This document shows, piece after piece, positions 22,776 through 36,009 of a stretch of DNA of 64,000 nucleotides. The notes under the pieces are model-generated. The model was not told the origin of the DNA and ran no database searches. It saw only the letters and a list, made by a program, of their open reading frames with translations. Position numbers and translations under genes: made by a program. Origin of the DNA: Eledone cirrhosa (Eukaryota); assembly GCA_964016885.1 (NCBI GenBank), contig OZ024764.1:24614001-24678000 (forward strand). Direction: 5' to 3'. Positions within the stretch are counted from its first letter, which is position 1; the number at the start of each line of letters is the position of its first letter.

Positions 22776-25700
22776 TCATCATCATCATCATCATTTTACA
22801 TCGGCTTTTTCCTACTTGCAAGGGTGGGACTGGTCCTATTCAGCACAGCATCTCTCCATTTGTCATGGTCCTTCGTCGTCTCCACCGTGAGCTTCAGTGA
22901 TCTGAAGTCTGCTCTCACCACTTCCGTCCATGCTTTTCGTGGTCTTCCTCTACTGCGTCTTCCTTCCACTGGGATTTCTTGGCACTTCTTTACTCAGCGG
23001 TAATCCTCCATGCACATCACATGTCCATACCATCGCAGTCTCCTCTCCCACACACCACAGCCTATCCCTCTTATACACAGTTTCTCTCTCAACACATCCA
23101 TGCTCAGTTGTTCATGCACATTGACATTGCACATCCATCGGAGCATGCTTGCCTCATTTCTTTCCAGCCGTCGCATATCCTCTGCAGTTGCTGCCCATGT
23201 CTCACTACCAAGCAACATTGCGCACTTCACACAGGCATCATATAACCCTCCTTTCGTACGCAGGGAGAAACCCTTCTTCGTCAGCAGAGGAAGCAGCTCC
23301 CTAAACTTCTTCCAACCCGTCCTTATTCTAGATACTATGGCCTCGGAACACCACCCTCCCATGCTAATCTGATCTCCTAGGTACCGGAAGCTATCCACCA
23401 CTTCTATAGTACCCGCCTGCATTTGAAAAATGTGACTATCAATGCGACTTCTACTGTCTAATTTCCCTGTACATCTACTGCATACGTATTTCTCCCTACC
23501 TGTTAGTTTGCCTGCCATCCCACTACATCTCTTGTGTATCCAGGATCTGCATTGTGTGCATTTTATAGAATTTATGCCAGTTCCTTTTCTGTATATCGAA
23601 CATGGCCATTTCCCTGATGGAATCAGAGTTTTGTCCTCTTTTCTACTCATCAACACTTTTGTCTTAGCTAAGTTCACTCTCAGTCTTCTTGATTCCAACT
23701 GCTGTTTCCATAGCCAGAATTTATTCTCTAGCTCCTCTACTGATTCTGCTATAAGAACCAGATCATCAGCATAGAGAAGTTCCCATGGGCAGCTAGTCTT
23801 AAACTCTTCTGTTATGGCTTGGAGGACTATAATGAACAAGAGCGGGCTGAGGACCGAACCTTGATGTACTCCTACTTGTATCTGGAATTCCTCACTAAAC
23901 TCCATTCCTACCCTGACTTTAGTGACAGCACCTCTGTACAAAGTTTGCACTGTCCTCACAAGCCATTCCTCAACACCTAGCTTCCTTAGGGACCACCAGA
24001 TGACAGATCAAGGTACCCTATCAAAGGCCTTCTCTAGGTCAACACAGTCTAAGTATAGTGGCTTATTTTTCTCTAAGAACCTCTCTTATAATTGTCTCAC
24101 CAAGAAGAGGGCATCTGTTGTACTCTTCCCAGGCACAAAACCAAACTGCATCTCATCTAGTTTGACCCTTTCTCTAATTAGTTGCGCCAATATCCTTTCT
24201 GCCACTTTCATAACCTGATCTATCAGTTTTATACCCCTATAATTGCTTGTCTAGAGCATCCCCTTTACCTTTGTAGCAATTTATGAGAATACTGTTGCAC
24301 CAGTCTTTGGGTATGACACCACCATATATAGTCTGATTGATGATGCGTGCAACTAGTTTATTTCCTACGTCCCCTGATACCTTCAGCATCTCAGCAACTA
24401 TCCCCGACGGTCCAGCGGCCTTACCATTTTTCCTTTCCTTAATCACCTCTTGGACCCTATATTTGTCAGTCTCAATAGCTGGTCCCTCTGTTGGATCTAC
24501 TGGTGGTAATTCCTCTTTGTCCCATTCGTTCTCTACATTCATCAGTCTCTCATAATGACATTTCCAGGCCTCCTTTTTCTGATCATTCGTGACACTAAGT
24601 ACACTGGTATCATTCCAGACACATTTATCTCCAACAACATCCTGATTTGCATTGACACACTGCCTTGCAATGTGGAACACCGCACGCCTCTGATCTTCCC
24701 GTCGCAGAACATTGGTAAACCTCCTACTCTCAGCCTCCCTGCATGCTAAGTAGACCTGACGTCTAGCTTCTCTCTTAGCGGCTGTATATCCTTCTCTACT
24801 CCCACCATTTTTTCAAACGTTCCATGCTAGTCTTTTGTCTCTAATGGCCCTATCTACCGTGCTGTTCCACCACTAGGTCACTCTCTGTCTGGTTGAAGCT
24901 CTGCCCCAACCACAAGTTTTTTCAGTAGCCTGCAGCAAGTTGTCACGTAAGAAATTCCAGTTATCATGTATGTCATACGACTCTAAATCGTCTTCTTTTT
25001 CGTCATACACATCTTGAAGGGCTTTCCTAAATTTATATTTTAGTGAAAGGTCTTTTAGCTTCCAGACGTTTCTTCTCCACACCTTCCTATATGTCTCATT
25101 CCATCTCTTGCTTACTGAGATATCATTAACGACTAACCTATGCTGTGGGGTACATTCTTCCCCAGGGTATGCCTTAGTATTTGACACCATCTGCCTCTCC
25201 CGCTGCCTAACTAGTAAGAAGTCAATCTGGCTTATGTGCTCACCAGATTTGTAGGTTATTAGGTGATTGGCAGGTTTCTGGAAGTTAGTGTTGCAAATGA
25301 TTAGTGCACTTGCATCACAAAATTCAAGAAGTCTCACTCCTTCTTCATTTCTTGAACCGTAACTGTGCCCACCATGTACCCCAGTGTAACCATCCTGGAG
25401 CTGTCCAACATGACCATTGAAGTCTCCTGCTAGCATAACAATGTCTCCGTCCTCTATCATTGTGGCAGTTTGTAAAAGTTGCTCGTAAAAGCTGTCTTTC
25501 TCATCTTTGCCTAGGCCTGCCTGGGGAGCATAGGCAGAGATGATTGTCAGTAGTCTCCTGCCTACAACTAATCTAAGCTTAATTATTCTATTACTAACTC
25601 TAACTACCTCTATTGTCTTATTGATCCATCTCTCAGCCAGTAATATGTTCACCCCCCCCTAACCCATCATCCTTACCTACCCAGAAAAGCTTATAACTAA

Positions 25701-25960
25701 GATGTTTGCCTGTGATGAGTCTCACAGAGGCACCTCCCCTCCTCACCTCTTGCACGCAGCACACATCCATAGCATCTCTGCTATTTCACCATATCTACCT
25801 GTTAGAGTGCCAACATTAAGTGTTGCAACTCTGAGATTCGACGTCTTCTTACTCTTGTTCTTGTTCCTGTTGTGTGATTGCTTGATGATGGTCGGGGGTG
25901 TTCTCACACATGCCCCCCAACCCCCCAGCCACCCTACTACCGTACGCAGCCCTAACATGG
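22776..25960 (-). mobile_element. RTE LINE, near full length but frameshifted (APE endonuclease + RT + PHD-like finger)
   Basis: LRVATLNVGTLTGR, SAYAPQ, AGDFNGHVG, SQIDFLL, QHRLV, LLYADD motifs; short 3' UTR and (GAT)n tail. Confidence 0.92.
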
Positions 25961-26332
25961 TTAGTGTTATTGCTGTTTACGCAGTTGTTTTCAATATATA
26001 CATAGGAAAGTGTGTGAGGTCCTTGGTACAGTTGGGTATATTTGGAAAAAAGGAAAAGAATGACTTCACTTGTAATTCTAAATAATTTGATTTAATTTTA
26101 TAATATTATTAATATTATAATGAGTTGGTAGATCTGGTAAGTTCTTTGTTAACTTCGGTGGGAAGAATTTCTAGTTAACTTTATTGGAGAACTTTCTCGC
26201 ATTCATCGGTGGCGATTGTCAAACTGAGATCAACCTGATTTCAGTATTATGTATATGAATATATGTATGTATATATATATATATGGATGTATATATGGAT
26301 GTATATATATATATATGTATGTATATATATAT

Positions 26333-26680
26333 GGAGGCACATGGCTTAGTGGTTAGAGCATTGGCCTTGCAATCGAAAGGTTGTGAGTTCAATTCTCAGA
26401 CCGGGTGATGTGTTGTTTCTTTGAGCAAGACACTTTATTTCACATTGCTCCAGTTTACTCAGCTGTAGAAATGAGATGATAGGGACTGAGGTCCCTATCA
26501 TTCCACTGCAAAGTGGTCGTGGAGGTGCCACGGCAAAAAAGCACCCAGCACTCACTGTAAATGAGGTTGGTGTTAGGCAGGGCATCCAGCTGTAGAAATC
26601 AAGCCAGCATCAGTTCCCGTCCCACCCTTGCAAGCAGGGAAAAAGCAGACGTAAAATGAAATGATGATGATGATGATGAT
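26333..26680 (+). mobile_element. SINE family A
   Basis: Full copy GGAGGCACATGGCTTAGTGG...(GAT)n. Confidence 0.9.
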
Positions 26681-29572
26681 ATATGTATATATATATATAT
26701 ATATATACTTCATCATCATCATCATCATCGTTTAATGTCCATTTTCCACGCTAGTATGTGTTTAGACGGGAATTGTCCCACGTGAGGCAAGATTGGTCGT
26801 CTCGCTCATATAGGACTGTCTGGCAGGTTTTCTACGGCTGGATGCCCTTCCTAACAACAACCACGTTTTCAGTGTGGACTGGGAGGTTTTTACCGTGTTA
26901 CCTACATGGCCACATTACAGCGTGGACTGTGTGTTTTTTTGTCATGACACCTACACGACCTCATTTATTTAGGACTGGATGATGTGTCACCAACATAACT
27001 TTAAATCGAAAGGGGTGGTGTGGATGGGGTGGGGGTTGTGGGACGGGGTGTATATTTGATTAAGAGGTGCCTTCTGACTGTAGGTTTCGCTTTGTACTTA
27101 GGCAAGGCGGGTCTTCTATATTACTGCGTAGTGCCAAAGATCTCGGTCCAGTGACATTGTCTTGGAGAGGTGTAAGTGTGTGAGGTCGGAATTTATCAAG
27201 TCGTCCCAGGTTTTTCTGAGTCTGCCTACTCTGTGGCTACCGTCTATTTTGATCGCCCTGCACTTTTTTATACAGCTGTCGTCTTTCATGCGTATCACGT
27301 AACCATACCAACGTAGTCTTCTCTCAAGTAAACAACATCTGATCCCTCTTATTCCTAATTTCTCACTTAATTCATTTATGCTTTGCCGTTCACGTATATT
27401 ACTATTACACATCCAGCGGAGCATGCAAGCTTCGTTCCTCTCCAGTCTGCGTATATCCTCTGCACACAATGCCCAGGTCTCACTGCCATGTAACATTGCT
27501 GTTCGTATGCAAGCATCATACAGCCTGCCTTTCATTTTTAAGGAGAACCCTTTAGCAGCCAATAGTGGTATAAGCTCTCTGAACCTTTTTCCATCCCGTT
27601 CTGACACTAGCTACTGTACTTTCAGAGCACCCTCCACTACTGCTGATTTTGTCACCCAGGTAACGGAAGGTGTCCACTATTTCTATAGAACCATCTGGGC
27701 AATGGAATGTGCTAGTATTCTGTGGGCACTTGCTGCTACTTATTGTACCAGCGCACCGGCCACATATAAAATCTATATTCTTAGTTAGCTTACCTGTGAT
27801 CACACTACATCTTTTATGCACCCATACTTTGCATTTGGGACATAAGATGGAGTTTCTACCTACTCCTTTCCTACACACTGAGCATGGCCATTTCCCAGAT
27901 GGGACCGGTGCCCTATTTTCATTCTTACATACTAGAACTTTAGTCTTAGACAAGTTAACTTTAAGGCCTTTTGATTCTAGGCCATGCTTCCAAGTTCAGC
28001 CATTGATTCAGCTATAAGCGTTATATCATCTGCGTATAGAAGTTCCCATGGGCAGCCGGTCTTGAACTCCTCTGTTATAGCCTGAAGGGCAATAATAAAT
28101 ACGAGGGGCTAAGGGCAGAGCCCTGATGTACATACTTTTACGCTAAATTCTTCACTATATTCGTTGTTAATTCTAACGTTGCTGACTGTTTCTTTATACA
28201 TGGCTTGTATAGCTCTCACAAGCCATTCATCTACACCTAGTTTTCTAAGCGACCACCAGATAATGGAGCGGGAGACTCTGTCAAAGGCTTTCTCCAAGTC
28301 GACAAAAGCTAAGTATAGGGGTTTACTTTTATCTAGGTACTTCTACTGTAGTTGTCATACAAGGAAAAAAGCGTCTGTGGTACTTTTACCTGACACAACC
28401 CAAACTGCATTTCATCCAGATCAATTCGCTCTCTGATTAGTTGTGCTATAACTTTTTCTGTGACCTTCATGACCTGGTCAATTAATTTAATGTCTCTATA
28501 GTTTCCTCTATCAAGAGCATGTCCTTTACCCTTGTAGCAGTTAATGATGATGCTGCTATGCCAGTCATTTGGCATGACCCCATTCTGTTTGACTTGGTTT
28601 ACTATCTGGGTGACCATAGTGTGTCCCACCGATCCAGATGCTTTCAGCATTTCAGCAACTATCCCCAAAGTCCCAGCTGCTTTGCCTGTCTTCATATCTT
28701 TGATTGCCTTACTTATTATACTAGCTTCAACTTGCACTGCTGGTCCCTCTATTGGATCGATTTGGGGCAGACTATCTTTTCCCCACTTATTCTCCTCATT
28801 TAGTAGCCTCTCGTAGTGACACTTCCAAGCTACCTTCTTATCAGCATCAGTGATGGCAAGTACAACATCATCATTATGGACACACTTCTCCCCGACAATA
28901 TCACGGTTTTCCTTGACACATTGTCTAGCAATCCTGAACACCTCACGTTTTTGGTCCTCACGTTGTAGAACATGCTTGAACTTTCTTTCCTCTGCTTCCC
29001 TTCTTGCAAAGTACACTTTTCTCCTAGCTTCCCTCCTGGCCACTTAATAGTCTTTTCTACTTCCCTCATCCCGCCATACTTTCCAAGCTTGCTTTTTGGC
29101 CTTGATTGACTCCTCCACTTTACTGTTCCACCACCACGTTACTCTCCTCCTGCCTATAGGTCTGCTCCAGCCACAGATTTCATATGTCGCCTTCAGCAGG
29201 TTAGCTTTCAGGAAATCCCCACTGTTCCTCTATATTGTACAACTCTAATTGCTCTTCCTTACTGTCAAAAGCATCAAGTAATATGCTTTTAAATTTGTTA
29301 CTGGCAGTGGGGTCCTTTAACTTCTATATTCTTTTCCTCAGGGTTGTCTTCCTCTGTTGTCGAGTATGTCTACTCCTGACTATGAGGTCACTAACTATGA
29401 GGCTATGTTGGGAGGTGCATTCTTCATGGGGGAGGGATTTAGAGTTTACAACAGACACTCTGGCACGTCTTCTGGTAAGGATATAATCTATCTGACTGGC
29501 GTGTTCCCCTGACCTATAGGTGATCAAGTGATTGTCTCATTTTTTGAAGTCTGTGTTACAGATAGTTAGGTT

Positions 29573-29971
29573 TATAACAAAATACTGGTGTGTATGAATA
29601 TAACAAAGATGCTCAGTTGTGTATATAACGTTTAATTAACAATTTGCAGTTATGTAGAATAGTATAGTTGACAAGTCAATGAATGTAGATGAAAGAATGA
29701 AGTAAAGTTATTTGTTACTGTTTTGAAGTTAGCTCGCAAAAGACCATGTTAGGGTTGCCAGCCGAAGGGCCAGGCAGGCTAGAAGGCCAGGAGCCGAAAG
29801 GCAAATGAGAGAGAGATCGCTCTGAGTATCCCTTTTATAGGGTCTCAAGCCGGAAGTGACAAAAAAGGGTTCTGCCACCCCAACGGGAGTAACTCCAGCT
29901 ACTTCCTGTCTAGAGAGCGTTAATCTATTGGTGATGTGATCGTCACAACAAGGGAGGCAACTCTTGCTACA
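29573..29971 (-). mobile_element. Solo LTR (399 bp) with a 4-bp TSD, Ty3/Gypsy-like
   Basis: Minus strand TGTAGCAA...TTGTTATA; TSD ggtt at 29569-29572 and 29972-29975; TATAAAA and ATTAAA inside. Removing it restores RTE CDANNL-TICNTDF. Confidence 0.75.
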
Positions 29972-30171
29972 GGTTATTTGCGTCACAGAATTCCAGGATT
30001 TTGAAGCCTTCCTCATTTCTGGTACCAAACCCGTAGCCTCCATGGACTCCGTCATAGCCACCACAATGTTGTCCAACGTGACCATTTAGGTCACCAGCAA
30101 TACTTATGTAGTCACTGTCGGTTATTTGGGAGGTAGTGAGCATTAGCAACTCATAGAACCTGTCTTTTATA

Positions 30172-30360
30172 AATGTTTCTACGTTAGGCACAAGGCCAGC
30201 AATTACCCAGTGCATTACTGGTACTTTATTTTATCGACCCCGTAAGGATGAAAGGCAAAGTCAACCTCGACGGGATTTGAACTCAGATCGTAAAGGGACG
30301 TAACTATGCTGGAAAGCATGGCGTCCGACCCTCTACCGATACTGCCAATCCACCACACTA
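30172..30360 (-). mobile_element. SINE family B inserted in the RTE
   Basis: Reverse complement of 34360-34547. Confidence 0.88.
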
Positions 30361-30934
30361 GCATGGCGTCCGACCCTCTACCGATACTGCCAATCCACCA
30401 CCCTAACATGGCGTCCGACCCTCTACTGATACTGCCAATCCACCACCCTAGCATGGCGTCCGACCCTCTACCGATACTGCCAATCCACCACCCTAGCATG
30501 GCGTCCGACCCTCTACTGATACTGCCAATCCACCACACTAGCATGGCGTCCGACCCTCTACTGATACTGCCAATCCACCACCCTAACATGGTGTCCGACC
30601 CTCTACTGATACTGCCAATCCACCGCCCTAACATGGTGTCCGACCCTCTACCGATACTGCCAATCCACCACACTAGCATGGCGTCCGACCCTCTACTGAT
30701 ACTGCCAATCCACCGCCCTAGCATGGCGTCTGACCCTCCACCGATACTGCCAATCTACCACCCTAGCATAGTGTCTGACCCTCTACTGATACTGCCAATC
30801 CACCACCCTAACATGGCGTCCGACCCTCTACCGATACTGCCAATCCACCACCCTAACATGGTGTCCGACCCTCTACCTATACTGCCAATCCACCACCCTA
30901 ACATGGTGTCCGACCCTCTACTGATACTGCCAAT
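30317..30934 (-). repeat. 45-bp array (~14 copies) of the SINE B head
   Basis: Unit catggcgtccgaccctctaccgatactgccaatccaccaccctag; starts at 30317, 30362 and 30407. Confidence 0.93.
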
Positions 30935-31197
30935 AATGCCAGGCAGTCCAGACCCCGGGTGCATAAGCGATATTGTTGTCACAGTAGTTCTATTTAGGAC
31001 AAGTCTTATTTTAATTATTCTGTCGTTCACTCTATTTACGTCTATTACCTTATCTCCCCATTTTTCTGCTAACATGATTCCTACCCCACCCAACCATTGT
31101 CATTTCCCACCCAGAGAGGTTAATAGCATCGTTTTTTACTCACAATATATATATGTATATGTATATATATTTGTATGTATATATATATGTATGTATG

Positions 31198-31258
<61 letters not shown>

Positions 31259-31398
31259 ATGTATGTATATATATATGTATATATATTTGTATGTATGTAT
31301 ATATATATGTATATATATATATTTGTATGTATGTATATATATGTATATATATATTATGTATATATATTTATATATATATATTTGTATGTATGTATATA

Positions 31399-33851
31399 TC
31401 ATCATCATCATCATCATCATCAACGTTTAACGTCCGTGTTCCACGCTTGCATGGGTTTGGACGGGGGTAGTCCCACTTGAGGCAAGAGTGATTGTCTTGC
31501 TCGCATAGGACTGTCTGGCAGGTTTTCTACAGTTGGATGCCCTTCCTAACACCAACCACATTTACAGTGTGGGGCTGGGAGGTTTTTACCGTGTTGCCTA
31601 CACGGCCACATTACAGCGTGGACTGTCTGGCGGGTTTTCTACAGTTGGATGCCCTTCCTAACACCAACCACATTTACAGTGTGGGGCTGGGAGGTTTTTA
31701 CCGTGTTGCCTACACGGCCACATTACAGCGTGGACTGTGTGTTTTTTTGTTGTGACACCTACACGATCTCATTTGTTTCGGCCTCGATGGCGCGGCACCA
31801 ACATAACTTTACATAGAACGGGGTGGTGTGGATGGGGTGGGGGGTGGTCGTGGTGGGACGGGGTGTATTTTGTTAGAGATGCCTACTGGCTGGAGTAGGT
31901 TTTACTATATATTTAGGTAAGGCGGGTCTTCTCTGTTACTGAGTACCGCCAAAGGTCTCGGTCCAGTGACATTGTCTTGGAGAGGTGTAAGTGTGTGATG
32001 TCGGAGTTTATCAGCTCGTCCCAGGTTTTTCTAGGTCTGCCTATTCCGTGACTACCGTCTATCTTTATTGCCCTGCACTTTGTTATACAGCTATCGACTT
32101 TCATGCGCATCACGTGTCCATACCAACGTAGCCTTCTCTCGAGTAAACAACATCTGATCCCTCTTATCTCTAATTTTTTCCTTAGTTCGTTTATGCTTTG
32201 CCGTTCACGTATATTACTGTTACACATCCAGCGGAGCATGCAAGCTTCGTTCCTCTCTAGTCTGCGTATATCCTCTGCACACAATGCCCAGGTCTCACTG
32301 CCATGCAGCATTGCTGTTCGTATGCAGGCATCATACAACCTGCCTTTCATTTTTAGGGAGAACCCTTTAGCAGCTAATAGTGGTATAAGCTCTCTGAACT
32401 TTTTCCAACCAGTTCTGACTCTAGCTACAGTACTTTCAGAGCACCCTCCCCCACTGCTGATTTTATCGCCCAGGTAACGGAAGCTGTCCACTATTTCTAT
32501 AGAACCCTCTGCGCAATTGAAAGAGCTAGTATTTTGTGGGCACTTGCTGCTACTTATTGCACCAGAACACCGGCCACATGTAAAATCTATGTTCTTAGTT
32601 AGCTTACCTGTGATCCCACTACATCTTTTATGCACCCATACTTTGCATTTAGGACATAAAATGGAGTTTCTACCTACGCCTTTCCTACACACCGAGCACG
32701 ACCATTTCCCAGAAGGGACCGCCGCCTTGTTTTCTTTCCTACAAACTAGTACTTTGGTCTTAGCCAGGTTAATTTTAAGTCCCTTTGACTCTAGGCCGTG
32801 CTTCCATGTTTGGAATTTCTTCTCTAGCTCGGCCATTGATTCCGCTATGAGTGTCAGGTCGTCTGCGTATAGGAGTTCCCATGGGCAGCCTGTCTTGAAC
32901 TCCTCTATTATAGCCTGAAGGGCAATAATAAATAGTAGTGGGCTGAGAACAGAGCCCTGATGGACGCCAACTTTTACGCTAAACTCTTCACTATATTCGT
33001 TGTTAATTCTAACCTTGCTGACTGTTTCTTTATACATGGCTTGTATAGCTCTCACAAGCCATTCATCAACGCCTAGTTTTCTAAGAGCCCACCAGATAAT
33101 GGAGCGGGGGACTCTGTCGAAGGCTTTCTCCAAGTCGACAAAAGCTAAGTAGAGGGGTTTACCTTTAGCTAGGTACTTCTCCTGTAGTTGTCGTACTATG
33201 AAAAGAGCGTCTGTGGTACTTTTGCCTGACACAAACCCGAACTGCATTTCATCTAGGTCAATTCTCTCTCTGATTAGTTGCACTATTACTTTTTCCGTGA
33301 CCTTCATGACCTGGTCGATTAATTTAATGCCTCTATAGTTACTCCTATCTAGGGCGTCTCCTTTACCCTTATAACAGTTAACGATGATGCTGCTATGCCA
33401 GTCCTTCGGAACAACCCCATTCTGTACGACTTGGTTAACTATGCGGGTGACCATGGTGTGTCCCACCGTGCCAGATGCCTTCAGCATCTCAGCAACTATT
33501 TCCGAAGGCCCAGCCGCCTTACCTGTCTTCATATCCTTGATTGCCTTACTTATTATACTCTCCTCGACTAACACTGCTGGTCCCTCTATTGGGTCGATGT
33601 GGGGGAGACTGTCTTTCTCCCATTTATTCTCCTCATTTAGTAGCCTTTCGTAGTGACACTTCCAAGCTACCTTCTTATCAGCGTCGGTGATGGCAAGTGT
33701 GCCATCATCGTTAAGTACACACTTCTCCCCGACAATATCACGGTTTTCCTTGACACATTGCCTGGCAATCCTGAACACCTCACGTTTTTGGTCATCGCGT
33801 TGTAGAACATGCTTGAACTTTCTTTCCTCAGCTTCCCTTCTTGCTAAGTAC
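31399..33851 (-). mobile_element. RTE LINE, 5'-truncated, intact 646-aa RT ORF; near-identical to 2358-4525
   Basis: ORF 31913-33853, (GAT)n tail, ~116-bp duplication in the 3' UTR, TA-rich flanks. Confidence 0.95.
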
Positions 33852-34010
33852 ATATATATGTATATATATGTATATATATATATATATGTATATATATGTA
33901 TATATATGTATATATATATGTATATATATATATTTGTATGTATGTATATATATATTATGTATATATATTTATATATATATATATATATCTATATATATAT
34001 ATATATATAT

Positions 34011-34055
<45 letters not shown>

Positions 34056-34080
34056 CTAGGATTTAGCTTCAGGCCTAGCC

Positions 34081-34191
34081 ATATATATATGTTATGTATA
34101 GAAATTTCGTATTTCTAAAGAGACATGTTATGTTTACAGGTACTGTAAACATAACATGTCTCTATAGAAATATGAAATTTCTATACATAAC

Positions 34192-34201
<10 letters not shown>
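34081..34201. repeat. ~120-bp palindrome (hairpin)
   Basis: 34081-34139 pairs with 34143-34201 around a gta loop, with two mismatches. Confidence 0.9.
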
Positions 34202-34252
<51 letters not shown>

Positions 34253-34359
34253 AACTCTTTCATTGAATCAATCTCGGTATAAGTTGGACACTGTTTGTAT
34301 GTATCTATATTTGTATTTAGAGATATGCATTCTTCTCCATTATATATATACATATATAA

Positions 34360-34547
34360 TGGCGGTGGATTGGCAGTATCGGTAGAGGGTCGGACGCCAT
34401 GCTTTCCAGCATAGTTACGTCCCTTTACGATCTGAGTTCAAATCCCGCCGAGGTTGACTTTGCCTTTCATCCTTACGGGGTCGATAAAATAAAGTACCAG
34501 TAATGCACTGGGTAATTGCTGGCCTTGTGCCTAAAGTAGAAACAATT
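34360..34547 (+). mobile_element. tRNA-derived SINE family B
   Basis: TGGCAGTATCGGTAGAG A-box-like, GAGTTCAAATCC B-box, body gcctttcatccttacggggtcgataaaataaagtaccag. Confidence 0.88.
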
Positions 34548-34567
34548 ATATATATACATATATATAT

Positions 34568-35498
34568 ATCATCATCATCATCATTCGTCGACTACTGTCG
34601 AGATGATGGATCTCACTCTCATGCCCCAGAATTCCCTGTCCCCCATTGCTGCCCCCAGGTCCTGTCTACTGATTCCCGTATCCCTAGAGATAACGTCAGG
34701 GAATGACAGCTTCCTACTCCTAGTCAGGCTGGAGTCAGGGTTCCAGAGCAAGAGAGCGGATATGATTTCATTGCTGGCACGGTGACAGTGGCCAGCAAAT
34801 TGAGCTCTCCGGGATTTTAGAAGGGCAGAGGCCCGAGGGAGTTTGCCATAGATTTTAGGTGGGATGTGGTTTCCAGGATAGGTTTTGCACTCTCATTAAG
34901 AGGCGGGTATATGTGCCATCCAATCTCCTCTCAAGTTGTGATGTTAGTGTCCAAGTTTCGGATCCATAAAGTAATATGGGCTTAATGGTTGCTTGGAATA
35001 TTTCCAGTTTTAGCTTGTTGGTAAGTTGAGATGTCCATATGGCGTGCATGTCATTGCACGCTGACCATGCCATACCCTTCCTGGTTAGAAAATCTTTTTG
35101 GAGGAGGAGATATATGAGCCAAGATACTTGTAATCTTCCATCTGCTTAAGGGTGGTACCATTAAGGGTTCTGATGGGGTAGTTTGGGCTGTTTGCGCATC
35201 TGTTCACATACTCAGTCTTGGATTCGTTGAGGTACAGTCCAGCACAGTTGGACGCTTGCTCTAATGACTTCAAAAGACTCTCAGCATTTTCCAGTGACCG
35301 ACTGATCAATGCGATGTCGAAGTCGAAGTCGGTGTCGGTCAAGTATTTTGCTGGGTAACGTGAGCTTCTCCTAGGCTGTAGTTGGTATCCCCTATCCTGA
35401 ATCCTATCCACAGACATGCGCAAAACATAATCCACAACAATGATAAATAGATACGGAGCAAGCGTATCACCCTGTCAAATTCCAGCGAGGATTGAGAA
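34568..35498 (-). mobile_element. RTE-clade LINE of a different family (no PHD insert), truncated and degraded
   Basis: YLTDTDFDFDIALIS, YKYLGS, ILLYGSETWTL; (GAT)n tail. Confidence 0.85.
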
Positions 35499-35509
35499 TA
35501 TATATATAT

Positions 35510-35745
35510 ATCATCATCATCGTTAAACGTCTATCTTCCACGCTAGCATGTGTTTAGACGGGAATTGTCCCACTTGAGGCAAGATTGGTCGTCTCGCTCG
35601 TATAGGACCTTCTGGCAGGTTTTCTACGGCTGGATGCCCTTCCTAACACCAACCACATTTACAGTGTGGACTGGGAGGTTTTTACCGTGTTACCTACACG
35701 GCCACATTACAGCGTGGACTGTGTATTCTTTTTGTCGTGACACCT
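35510..35745 (-). mobile_element. RTE 3' UTR fragment
   Basis: Matches 26710-26950. Confidence 0.8.
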
Positions 35746-36009
35746 AGTCAATATGTTGTCTGACATGTTTCAACAGCTAAAGATCCGTCCCGAGGATAGG
35801 AGACTCTAAAATCAGGAATCTTAGAATTTTCAGAAAAAGAAAGAATTTTTATCTTAAGTTCCATTATGATTTCATATTTCAATCATCAAAAATAGGTTCA
35901 AAATCGATATCATCAGAGTAACTTAGGATATTAGCTTATATACCGATCAATGTATCAATGATGGAATTGATGACAATATCAATATACATATATATGCACT
36001 ACAATCAGG

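Larger units (their letters stand above)
26710..31135 (-). mobile_element. RTE LINE, degraded, interrupted by a solo LTR and a SINE/array
   Basis: APE ([26 protein letters not shown]) and RT fragments on the minus strand; (GAT)n tail at 26710. Confidence 0.92.
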
